Source: Candidatus Asbonarchaeum danakilense
GTDB taxonomy: Archaea; Nanohalarchaeota; Nanosalinia; Nanosalinales; Nanoanaerosalinaceae
Length of the DNA: 48,296 nucleotides
Reading direction: 5' to 3'
Assembly: GCA_034190465.1 (NCBI GenBank)
Contig: JAXINV010000034.1
Coordinates: 1-48,296, forward strand
Position numbers and translations under genes: made by a program. A model generated the notes under the pieces. The model ran no database searches. It saw nothing but the letters and a program-made list of their open reading frames with translations, and was not told where the DNA came from. Below are positions 1 through 7,673 of this stretch, piece after piece; position 1 is the first letter of the stretch, and each line of letters starts with the position of its first letter.

Positions 1-753
1 AACTGTGACGGCGACGAGGACTCGATCATCCTGCTGATGGACGCGCTGCTGAACTTTTCCCGACAGTTCCTCCCTGATCAGCGAGGGACCAGGACGATGG
101 ACGCCCCGTTGATCCTGTCGACCGTGCTGAACCCGGACGAGGTGGATGATGAGTCGTGGAACGTTGATGTGCAGGAGGAGTATCCTGTCTCGTTCTATGA
201 GGCGACCTGGGAGTTCCGCGATCCGGGGGAGGTTGACATCGCGATCGCTGAGGATCGTATTGAGGAGAGTGATCCGTTCAGGTTCGACTACACGCACCCT
301 ACGACAGACGTGGAGGACGCCCCGATTCAGTCCAGCTATGTGACGCTGGGTGAGATGTCGGAGAAGGTGCAGGCCCAGCTGGAGTTGGGGCGGAGGACAC
401 AGGCTGTTGCGGCGGATGAGGTTGCGGAGCTACTCCTGAAAAAGCACTTTATTACGGATATCAAGGGGAATCTGCGGGCGTTCTCCCGGCAGGAGCTTCG
501 TTGCATCGGTTGCAATAAGAAGTTCAGGCGGGCTCCGCTGCAGGGCGAATGCACGGAGTGCGGCGGCGACCTGACCTTGACGGTGCATGAAGGCACGATC
601 AGGAAGTACCTGGAGCCATCGGAGGAGATCGCGGAGAACTTCGCCATCTCGACGTACAGGCGGCAGCACATCCAGATCCTGAAGCGTCAGATACAGTCGC
701 TGTTCGGCAAGGCGAACAAGCAGTCGAGTCTGGGCCAGTTCACCTCTGGCTGA
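1..753 (+). CDS. polC: DNA polymerase D large subunit (DP2), C-terminal part; gene starts before the window
   Basis: Frame is open from base 1 and reads NCDGDEDSIILLMDALLNFS (DP2 catalytic CDGDED motif); C-terminal CxxC...CxxC Zn finger; PIP-box-like QSSLGQF at the end. Confidence 0.96.
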   Translation, partial: NCDGDEDSIILLMDALLNFSRQFLPDQRGTRTMDAPLILSTVLNPDEVDDESWNVDVQEEYPVSFYEATWEFRDPGEVDIAIAEDRIEESDPFRFDYTHPTTDVEDAPIQSSYVTLGEMSEKVQAQLELGRRTQAVAADEVAELLLKKHFITDIKGNLRAFSRQELRCIGCNKKFRRAPLQGECTECGGDLTLTVHEGTIRKYLEPSEEIAENFAISTYRRQHIQILKRQIQSLFGKANKQSSLGQFTSG

Positions 754-781
754 TCCTTTTTATACTATTCTACTCGCCGGT

Positions 782-795
782 GAAAGCCTTATAAT
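782..795 (+). promoter_or_regulatory. BRE/TATA-like promoter for the candidate ncRNA
   Basis: GAAAGC followed by CTTATAAT (788-795), about 23 nt upstream of the predicted RNA 5' end at about 818. Confidence 0.5.
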
Positions 796-817
796 CGTTG
801 TCGTTCACGCGCCAGGT

Positions 818-1060
818 ATGAACACGCTGTTCCTCTTATAATGCAGGTCGCTGTTACGATTTCCGCAACGTGAAGCCCCGTGTAGCAATACCAGCCGCAG
901 CGCACCCCTGGGCTTCGGGTAACGTTGCAACCACACAGTCAATACGTCAGGCGAAATGAAGGGGTGTGTCTCGTTCATCTCGAAAGTCTGTGTTTGCCCC
1001 ACGTCTCCAGATGAAACAAGGGGGTGCGTGAAGATCATCTGCCCCCGGCGTGTGGTTCAT
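818..1060 (+). ncRNA. Candidate structured non-coding RNA of unknown family (about 240 nt)
   Basis: No credible CDS; terminal pairing 818-829 with 1046-1060; 843-848/1037-1042; 865-878 with 910-928; GTA-GCAA-TAC GNRA hairpin 882-891; 8-bp pseudoknot 901-908/1021-1028; 933-938/988-993. Confidence 0.55.
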
Positions 1061-1112
1061 GAAGGCGACGGTCCCGGGAAGGCTTATCAATGATGCGGGC
1101 TAATTTTGCGAT

Positions 1113-1541
1113 ATGTCCGACCTTGAGGCAAAGGATGTGATGACCGAAGGCGTGTACGCGATCCAGAAGGATGAAACAGTGCGCTCGGCGGCGCAGGAGA
1201 TGAAGGAGAAAGGGACGCGCAGCCTTGTGGTCGTCGATGAAGATGAGGTCGTCGGTATCGTGGTTGCTCGGGATGTGCTGTACGAGATCACCGCTCCCGG
1301 GGAGGATGCGGAGACAGCGCTTGTTTCACAGGTGATGACATCGGATTTGATCACCGCCGATCCTCACGACGATGTGTCGGATATCTCACGGGCGATGCTG
1401 GAGAACGATATCTCGCGTATCCCGATCCTCCGGGGTGAGACGCTGGTCGGCATCGTCACGCATGAGGACATCCTCAGGGCCTGGCCGGGCTACGTCGACC
1501 TGCTGGAGGAGAAGGCGGCGTCGGGCCGCAGCGATCTTTAA
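1113..1541 (+). CDS. CBS-domain pair protein
   Basis: Two CBS repeats (AKDVMT...SLVVVD...VGIV; VSQVMT...ISRIPIL...LVGIVT). Confidence 0.92.
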   Translation: MSDLEAKDVMTEGVYAIQKDETVRSAAQEMKEKGTRSLVVVDEDEVVGIVVARDVLYEITAPGEDAETALVSQVMTSDLITADPHDDVSDISRAMLENDISRIPILRGETLVGIVTHEDILRAWPGYVDLLEEKAASGRSDL

Positions 1542-1708
1542 AAGCTCCACTTGTCCTCGAGCCGGGTCCCGCACTCAGAGCAGATATAGACATCGATTTC
1601 TTCCGTCGGCGATTCGATGGTCTCCTCGTGTTCCATCATGGTCCCGCAGTTGCGACACTCCGGCATCTCGTCCCGGTCCCGGAACGTGAACTCGGGTTCG
1701 CCTGTCAT
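1538..1708 (-). CDS. 56-aa zinc-finger microprotein (not in ORF track)
   Basis: My translation: MTGEPEFTFRDRDEMPECRNCGTMMEHEETIESPTEEIDVYICSECGTRLEDKWSF; two CxxCG motifs; acidic; fills the gap between the CBS and kinase genes. Confidence 0.8.
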   Translation of the reverse strand: MTGEPEFTFRDRDEMPECRNCGTMMEHEETIESPTEEIDVYICSECGTRLEDKWSF

Positions 1709-1755
1709 GCACGATGATTGCCCGGCCGTGAAGAAAAAGGTTGTGAACCGCGCGG

Positions 1756-2328
1756 CTACAGTTGCTCCAGTTCTTCCGCCAAGTCGGTCCAGACCTCGTC
1801 GATGCCCTGTTCGGCGTCGATCTCGATGAGCTCGGCGTCGTGGTCCTGGTAGTGGTCGTACATGTCGTCGATGTTGTCGGACTGGCGGTCTATCTTCCGC
1901 TCGATGTTGTCCCGGGTGTCGTCGTCCCGGCCACGTTCCAGCAGCCGGTCGTACAGCACCTGTTCGTCGTCGACCCGGAGGTAGACCATGGCGTCGAGTT
2001 CGTCCATCTCGTCCATCTGTTCTGCCTGTTCCTCCGATCGCGGCCAGCCGTCCAGCACGTAGCCGTCGCCGGTGTCGCCCTGGTCCAGCCGCTCGTCGAG
2101 GAACTGTCTGACAGTCGCGGCCGGCGGCGCGCCACCCCGGTCCAGCACGTCCTGGATGGTCTCGTACGGGTCGTCCTGCTCGAGGTAGCCGTCGCTGTCG
2201 ACGCCCCGGTCGCTGTTGTTCCGCAGCAGGTCGCCGGTCGAGATGTGCGGGATGCCGTACTCCTGCTCGATGCGTTCGCTCTGCGTGCCTTTGCCGGCAC
2301 CGGTGAGCCCCATCAGTGCAAGTTTCAT
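1756..2328 (-). CDS. adk: Adenylate/NMP kinase, bacterial-type, short LID
   Basis: GLTGAGKGTQ P-loop, HISTGDLLR, GYVLDGWPR, RGRDDD. Confidence 0.88.
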   Translation of the reverse strand: MKLALMGLTGAGKGTQSERIEQEYGIPHISTGDLLRNNSDRGVDSDGYLEQDDPYETIQDVLDRGGAPPAATVRQFLDERLDQGDTGDGYVLDGWPRSEEQAEQMDEMDELDAMVYLRVDDEQVLYDRLLERGRDDDTRDNIERKIDRQSDNIDDMYDHYQDHDAELIEIDAEQGIDEVWTDLAEELEQL

Positions 2329-2332
2329 CGTC

Positions 2333-3580
2333 CTACAGCCGCTGGCTCTCCTTCTCGCGTTCCAGCATCATCTTGATACCCTGTTCCATCATCGCCTCGG
2401 GGTCGTCGGCGAACGCGTTCTTCCCGGTCTCCCGCTTCAGGTCGCCGAGGAACTGGACGAAGTCGGTGCCGCCGGTCCCGATCTCGTCGCCGACCTTCTC
2501 CAGGATGTACTCGACGGCGTAGGTCAGGTGGATCTCGCGGAACGCGTAGATGTTCTCCAGGGTGCCGTTGTACAGGTCCTCGAGCTCCTCGTCGTCCGTC
2601 CCGTCGATGAATTCCCTGACACCGGGCCCGTCCTCGATCGCGGCGACGTAGTTGCGGTGGCCTTCCGGCATGTAGTCCCGCATGTCGTCGATGTGCTTGG
2701 TCAGCACGTTGGTGTCGTGGCTGATATCCAGCGCGGCGTCGAGCGCAGGCAGGATGCTGCTCTGCGCCCCGGTCTCACCCCTGAAGTCCTGCGGCCCGTC
2801 GAGCTCGTCGACGCCCTGGAACTCGACGCCGTCGAAGCCCTCGATGTACGGCCGGAAGCCCTCATCCTCGTCGGCGTAGACGTCCGGCGAGTTGCCCTCC
2901 GGCATCCGCTTCAGGGTCTCGACCATCTCCGCGGTCGACCGCTCCATGTTCTCAAGTGCCGCCTTGGCGGTCTCGACGTCGTCCTCAGCCGCGGCGCGCT
3001 GCAGGTACGGGATGGCTGTCAGTGCATCGGACGCCTCCTGCTCGATCTCGGTGTGGACAAGCATGAACCAGGCCTCGTCGTCCATCGAGACGAAGTTCTG
3101 GATGGTGTCGATGTTGCCCAGCTCCAGCGGCCCGTCTGGGTCGTCCCGCTCCCAGTTGTGCAGGGAGTAGGCGTCGAACGACAGGATCGGCGGCACGTTG
3201 AGCCTGTCTGTGGACTTGTACAGCGGCTCTGCGACGCCCTCGGGGATGTGGTCCTCGGTCTCGGCCCCGGTCTTGTGCACGTAGGCGGAGGCGAGGAAGC
3301 TGGAGACCTGGTACATGCGGAACAGCTCCTGGTCGTCAAGCCGGTCGTACAGTCCGTCGTCGGGCGGTGACAGCTGCCGGAGCTCGTCCCGCAGCTCGTC
3401 GCCCTCCAGCCTGCCGGGCAGCTGGTGACCCAGCCGGTCCAGCTCCGCGAGGTAGTCATGCTCCGTCTCGAAGTATTTGAGCGGATCCTCCGCGGGGAGG
3501 AAGCCCCGTTCAGGGCTGACGTCGTACTGTTCGAAATCGTCCTCGTCGTAGACCTCGGTGATAGCGGGCTCGTCTGACAT
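2333..3580 (-). CDS. Indoleamine 2,3-dioxygenase family heme protein
   Basis: RGFLP, PPILS...NW, DEAWFMLVHTEIE, RGETGAQSS, MRDYMP..HR, FREIH (proximal His), GTGGT; start placed at MSDEP. Confidence 0.88.
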   Translation of the reverse strand: MSDEPAITEVYDEDDFEQYDVSPERGFLPAEDPLKYFETEHDYLAELDRLGHQLPGRLEGDELRDELRQLSPPDDGLYDRLDDQELFRMYQVSSFLASAYVHKTGAETEDHIPEGVAEPLYKSTDRLNVPPILSFDAYSLHNWERDDPDGPLELGNIDTIQNFVSMDDEAWFMLVHTEIEQEASDALTAIPYLQRAAAEDDVETAKAALENMERSTAEMVETLKRMPEGNSPDVYADEDEGFRPYIEGFDGVEFQGVDELDGPQDFRGETGAQSSILPALDAALDISHDTNVLTKHIDDMRDYMPEGHRNYVAAIEDGPGVREFIDGTDDEELEDLYNGTLENIYAFREIHLTYAVEYILEKVGDEIGTGGTDFVQFLGDLKRETGKNAFADDPEAMMEQGIKMMLEREKESQRL

Positions 3581-3656
3581 AGCCGCGGCAGAAAGGACGG
3601 TCGACACTTAAAAATAGTGGCGGTACTACACCGCGGCGTTCACGCGCGTTGACCCG

Positions 3657-4733
3657 TCAGTCGTCCAGCCAGCGCTGCGGATCGAACCGGAGGATGCGGT
3701 CGTCCGCCGGGACCGGCGTTCCGCGGCCGTCGGTGTTGCTGGTGGAGACGTACAGGTGGCCGTCCGGCCCCAGCCGCACGGCGCGCAGCCGACCGTACCG
3801 GTCGACGAGGTGCTTCTCCAGCTGTTCGACGGTGCCGTTCACCAGTTCTGCCTCGTACAGCGTCCTGCCACGCAGCCCGGCGAAGAAGATGCTGTCGTTG
3901 ACGGCCGCTGCCCCCGCCGGCGCCCAGGTGGTGCCGTCGGCGTAGATGACCGGAGCGATCATCCCCTGCCGTGTCTGGTCTGCCTCGATGACCGGCCAGC
4001 CGTAGTTGCCACCCATGACGATCCGGTTCAGCTCGTCGTGCTGGCTGTCGCCGTGCTCGGTCGCCCAGAGCTGGCCGTCGTGCCAGGCAAGGCCCTGCGG
4101 ATTGCGGTGGCCGTAGGAGTAGACCGGGTTGTCGAACGGGTTGGTCGCCGGGACCGAGCCGTTGGCTGTGAGGCGGAGGATCTTGCCGGCGAGGACGTCG
4201 GTCCGCTGCGCCCACGGAGCGTTGGTGGCGTCGCCGGCGGTGATGTAGAGGTAGCCGTCCGACCCGAACGCAATCCTGCCGCCGTCGTGGTAGATCGCGC
4301 CCGGCAGCCCCTCAATGATCGGTGTCGGGTCGCGCAGCTAGGTGCCGTCCAGCCGGTACCGGACGACGCGGTTCTGCAGCATGTCGCCCTGCCGCGTGGT
4401 CATGTAGAGGTAGATGTAGCTGTTCCGCGTGAAGTTGGGGTGGAGTGCCACGCCGAGCAGCCCTCCCTCGCCGCGGTGCGCGACGCCGTCGACCTCATAG
4501 ACCGTGGTCTCGCCGCCGCTCCTGTCGATGCGGAGCAGGCTGCCAGGCCGCTCGGTGACGAGCATGTCGCCGTCGGGGAGGAAGGATATCGCCCACGGCA
4601 CGGACAGGCCCGACGCCACGACGGTTGCGTTGCCCCCGGTCGGTGCCGGGCCCTGCCACGGCTGGAACACCGTCAGCGCGACCGCCACCAGCACGATGAA
4701 AAGACCCACTGCGGCGAACCGTCCACGGTACAT
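3657..4733 (-). pseudogene. PQQ-dependent glucose/sorbosone (aldose sugar) dehydrogenase interrupted by one in-frame TAG at 4338-4340
   Basis: ORFs 4338-4733 and 3657-4016 share a frame; reading through TAG gives PWAISFLPDG, GEGGLLGVALHP, HDGGRIAFGSDG, GKILR, YGHRNPQG, NYGWP, GRLR. Confidence 0.85.
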
Positions 4734-4792
4734 ACCGTGCGGTGGGGCGTCCTCATTCTTATAGCCCGGCTATATAACGGCGTTATCGCGAC

Positions 4793-5443
4793 TTACTGGT
4801 CATCGACCTGCCGATACCGGACGTAGGAGTACACGGTGCCGAACGCTGCCGCTGCTGCGGCCGGTGCTGCGAGCAGGAGGACCAGCTGGCGTGGATAGAC
4901 GAAGCCGAGCATGGCGATGAAGCCGGCGGCCATGAGCAGCTTGCCGGTGACGCGGTGGGTGTCGTCCCAGACCTGGTCGTTGCTGAGCGTCCACGGCGTC
5001 CGGACGCCGATGAACCAGTTCCGTTTCGACCGGGTGATGAGCCGGCCGACGATGACGAGCAGCAGGCCGATCGCAGGGGCGATGAACCTGCTCACGTTGG
5101 CGACGTAGCCCAGGTTGGCGCCGAGGACGAGCAGGTTGGTGTACAACAGGAACCCGAGCACGACGTTCATCAAGAGGTCGAACGTGGACCGGAACGCTGC
5201 GATGTTCTCCCTGAGCGGGTCGATCCGCGGGATGATGCGGTAGAAGACGAGGAAGAGGAGGGAGATGCCGGGGAGGAGGAACGCACCCATGGTCTTGGCC
5301 ATGTGGTCGTCGGCCTGGCCGGCGGCGTTCCAGTGGATGGCTACCTGCTCCGGAAGCCGGGGATAGGCGACGATGCTTGCTGCGATGGTTGCGAGAACGA
5401 GGAGCGAACCGAGGATGAGGTACTGACGCTCGTCGAGGGACAT
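4793..5443 (-). CDS. SdpI-family membrane (immunity-type) protein with DUF1648 N-terminus
   Basis: LPEQVAIHWNAAGQAD, NWFIGVRTPWTLSNDQVWDDTHR, six hydrophobic segments. Confidence 0.9.
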   Translation of the reverse strand: MSLDERQYLILGSLLVLATIAASIVAYPRLPEQVAIHWNAAGQADDHMAKTMGAFLLPGISLLFLVFYRIIPRIDPLRENIAAFRSTFDLLMNVVLGFLLYTNLLVLGANLGYVANVSRFIAPAIGLLLVIVGRLITRSKRNWFIGVRTPWTLSNDQVWDDTHRVTGKLLMAAGFIAMLGFVYPRQLVLLLAAPAAAAAAFGTVYSYVRYRQVDDQ

Positions 5444-5551
5444 GCAGGGGTATTGTCCCGGTCTCGTTTATCAATATGGAGGTGGTGCCGGGCACCGGTC
5501 GGGGCCGCCGGCTGCCTTACTTATTTTAAGTACTAACACGTATCTTCCCCT

Positions 5552-6028
5552 ATGTACGTGGAGGAAGAGGTCTCGAGGAAGACGTCGACGGTCGACGTGC
5601 AGGACTGGGAGCAGGCGTACAGCGAGGTCAAGAACATCCTCGAGAACCGGTTCTTCTTCCACAGGGTGGAGGAGGAGAAGTTCCGCCACCACCAGGAGAA
5701 GGGTATCATCGTCTCGAAGCTGAACTGTTACCGCGAGGTCGATGACTATACGACGATCGAGATCACGATCGTGATGACGATCGAGCAGGAGGCGCAGGAC
5801 GCTGCGCAGGCCCACATCACGCTCGATTCGAAGGGCGAGGTCGTGACACGGTATCCGGAGCGGACACGGTTCCAGCGTTCTGTGGTCTACTTTGCGCTCC
5901 GTTCGCTGTGGGACAAACTGGTGTATGGCTGGGCCCGTGGCAAGTGGAAGGACGAGGCACAGCAGCTGCAGATTGATGTCCATTCGGAGATCCGCGGGTT
6001 CCTGCAGTCGGTGGAGACGAGGCGGTAA
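5552..6028 (+). CDS. Hypothetical protein, paralogue 1 of a three-gene family cluster
   Basis: TATA-like TTATTTTAA at 5521-5529 consistent with a leaderless start; shares motifs with the next two ORFs. Confidence 0.8.
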   Translation: MYVEEEVSRKTSTVDVQDWEQAYSEVKNILENRFFFHRVEEEKFRHHQEKGIIVSKLNCYREVDDYTTIEITIVMTIEQEAQDAAQAHITLDSKGEVVTRYPERTRFQRSVVYFALRSLWDKLVYGWARGKWKDEAQQLQIDVHSEIRGFLQSVETRR

Positions 6029-6031
6029 TCC

Positions 6032-6589
6032 GTGGGGGAGAAGACTGAGGTCGTCCAGCGTGAGGACGTGGTCTACGGCAAGGATCTGGACAGTATGATG
6101 GAGTACTACCGGGGCATCCAGCAGACACTGGTGGACCTGGACTTCGATGAGATTGATGAGGAGCGGTCGGAGCACTGGGAGAACTTGCCGTTCAAGCAGA
6201 CGATCTATGCGGACATGTGGAAGGATCCGTTCACGAAGATACAGATCAAGATCAAGGCCCGTGTCAAGACGCCGCGCCGCGACCGACGGACGTCAGACGA
6301 CCTGTACAAGGGGATCTTCTTCATCTCGGGCTATGTGGTCCGTGAACGGTACGGGCACTGGGAGTACTTCGAGGAGAACTCCTGGTTCAAGCGTTCTGCG
6401 ATCTATAAAGGATTCCAGAGGATCTTGCGCAGTTTCCTGTTCCGGAAGGAGTTCAAAAAATATAAGGAGGAAGCGGAAGAACTTACCATCGAGGTCACGT
6501 CCCGCATCCGGGAGTTCGAGGGATCGATCCCGGCGATCGGCAAGAGCAAGCGGGAGTGGTTCGAGCCGGACTACCGGGAGAGGCGATAA
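6032..6589 (+). CDS. Hypothetical protein, paralogue 2
   Basis: GTG start 3 nt after the previous stop; EEAEELTIEV...IREF; C-terminal IGKSKREWFEP. Confidence 0.8.
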   Translation: MGEKTEVVQREDVVYGKDLDSMMEYYRGIQQTLVDLDFDEIDEERSEHWENLPFKQTIYADMWKDPFTKIQIKIKARVKTPRRDRRTSDDLYKGIFFISGYVVRERYGHWEYFEENSWFKRSAIYKGFQRILRSFLFRKEFKKYKEEAEELTIEVTSRIREFEGSIPAIGKSKREWFEPDYRERR

Positions 6590-6591
6590 CG

Positions 6592-7137
6592 ATGACGATC
6601 ACTGTCAGCAGAGAGGTTGCCGAGGCGGAAGACTGGTACCAGGCTCACGGCGTCGTGGAGCTGTACCGTAAGATGAAGAAGATGCTGGAGCAGGACATGA
6701 ACTTTGATGATGTCCAGGAGACGTTCTTTGCCCAGAACATGGACAACGGCAAGCTGACGACGAATATCTGGGCGACACGCGAGCTCGGCAGTCACGGCAT
6801 CGCTGACAGCGGTGCCAGCACCCATATGATTTTCGAGGTCGTGTATTTCTCTCGGACACCGATCAACACGACGGACAACGGCTACTTCGGCACGATGGAA
6901 CTGGACGTGACAACGAAGCTGAAGGTGGAGATGCCGGGCCAGGACCGTTGGGTAGACTCGATGCTTCGCAGGGCCTGGTTCAATGCGATCTACCGGCGCC
7001 AGTTCCGGTACTGGGTGGAGTACGCGGAGGAGGAGACGATCCGCTACATCAACATGGTCAGGGAGTTCCTAGACATGGAGCCGACGGTCGGCAAGTCGCG
7101 CCGCCTCCACTTCGAGCCGCTTGTCCACGCTATCTGA
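6592..7137 (+). CDS. Hypothetical protein, paralogue 3
   Basis: ATG 2 nt after the previous stop; EYAEEETIRY...VREFL; C-terminal VGKSRRLHFEP. Confidence 0.8.
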   Translation: MTITVSREVAEAEDWYQAHGVVELYRKMKKMLEQDMNFDDVQETFFAQNMDNGKLTTNIWATRELGSHGIADSGASTHMIFEVVYFSRTPINTTDNGYFGTMELDVTTKLKVEMPGQDRWVDSMLRRAWFNAIYRRQFRYWVEYAEEETIRYINMVREFLDMEPTVGKSRRLHFEPLVHAI

Positions 7138-7170
7138 CGCTGCGGCCTGTTTGCTGCACCGGCTCCGGCA

Positions 7171-7180
7171 GATATAAAAA
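7171..7180 (+). promoter_or_regulatory. TATA box
   Basis: GATATAAAAA about 21-30 nt upstream of 7201. Confidence 0.6.
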
Positions 7181-7200
7181 CGTGTCAACCTTTCTTTCAC

Positions 7201-7367
7201 GTGGAACCGGCGCGGTGCAACTGCCGCGTCTTCCCGAGGTAGCTGCCGTTGAACGCTCCTAGCGGGGCGGAGGCCGCCCGCCCAGGTCAGCAGGCCGATT
7301 GCACGTGAACAGCGTAAGCAGGATGAACGTCTGTGTTACAGGCGGGCGATATCTACCTCATTTCACA
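7201..7367 (+). ncRNA. Candidate structured RNA (ncRNA or long structured 5' leader)
   Basis: Stems 7201-7206/7361-7366, 7209-7215/7224-7230, 7236-7242/7353-7359, 7275-7282/7341-7348, 7254-7259/7264-7269; possible pseudoknot 7215-7220/7299-7304; K-turn-like TGA...GATGA at 7303-7330. Confidence 0.55.
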
Positions 7368-7389
7368 TTCACGGAGGATCAAGCTTCAG

Positions 7390-7632
7390 ATGTCACAGCT
7401 TTACATCAAGGTCGAAACGGAGCAGGACACATTCAGCGTCGACACCGATGCCACGTACCCGCGTATCGCTCTGGAAGCACCGGCGTCGCAGGGGAAGGCC
7501 AACGCGGAGCTGACGCAGCGGCTCGGTCAGCGGCTTGGGGAGGATGTTGCGATCGTCTCAGGCCATAAGTCACGACGCAAGAAGATACAGGTCGACCTTC
7601 CCAAGGAAGAGGTACTACAGCGGCTGGACTGA
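7390..7632 (+). CDS. DUF167/YggU family protein
   Basis: APASQGKANAEL...IVSGHKSRRK motif; GGAGG at 7373-7377 supports the ATG at 7390. Confidence 0.85.
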   Translation: MSQLYIKVETEQDTFSVDTDATYPRIALEAPASQGKANAELTQRLGQRLGEDVAIVSGHKSRRKKIQVDLPKEEVLQRLD

Positions 7633-7673
7633 CGTTTTCTGAAGCTTGGGCCTCCGTTCAACGGTGATCAATC

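Noticed and set aside
1..21. Possible intein ending just before DP2 CDGDED
   Set aside because: N-C is also the native extein sequence, and the upstream sequence is outside the window
806..866. tRNA-like fragment (GCAGGTCGCTGTTACGATT)
   Set aside because: No TTCRA T-loop, no acceptor stem and no consistent cloverleaf
865..1042. Group I intron reading of the first RNA (P4/P5-like GCAACG-UGAA-GCCC...GGGU-AA-CGUUGC; GUGAAGAU resembling J8/7)
   Set aside because: No recognisable P7 (GACUA/UAGUC), no host gene exons, and GAAGCCC pairs better with GGGCTTC
4338..4340. Genome-wide TAG reassignment (pyrrolysine or alternative code)
   Set aside because: TAG terminates several conserved genes at their expected ends in this window
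7201..7367. Identification of the second RNA as SRP RNA or a cobalamin riboswitch
   Set aside because: A GGAG loop and CAGG are present, but the SRP helix-8 GNRA/AGCA arrangement is not. The GGUGCAA and AGGUCAG likeness to cobalamin elements is partial and the downstream genes are unrelated to B12
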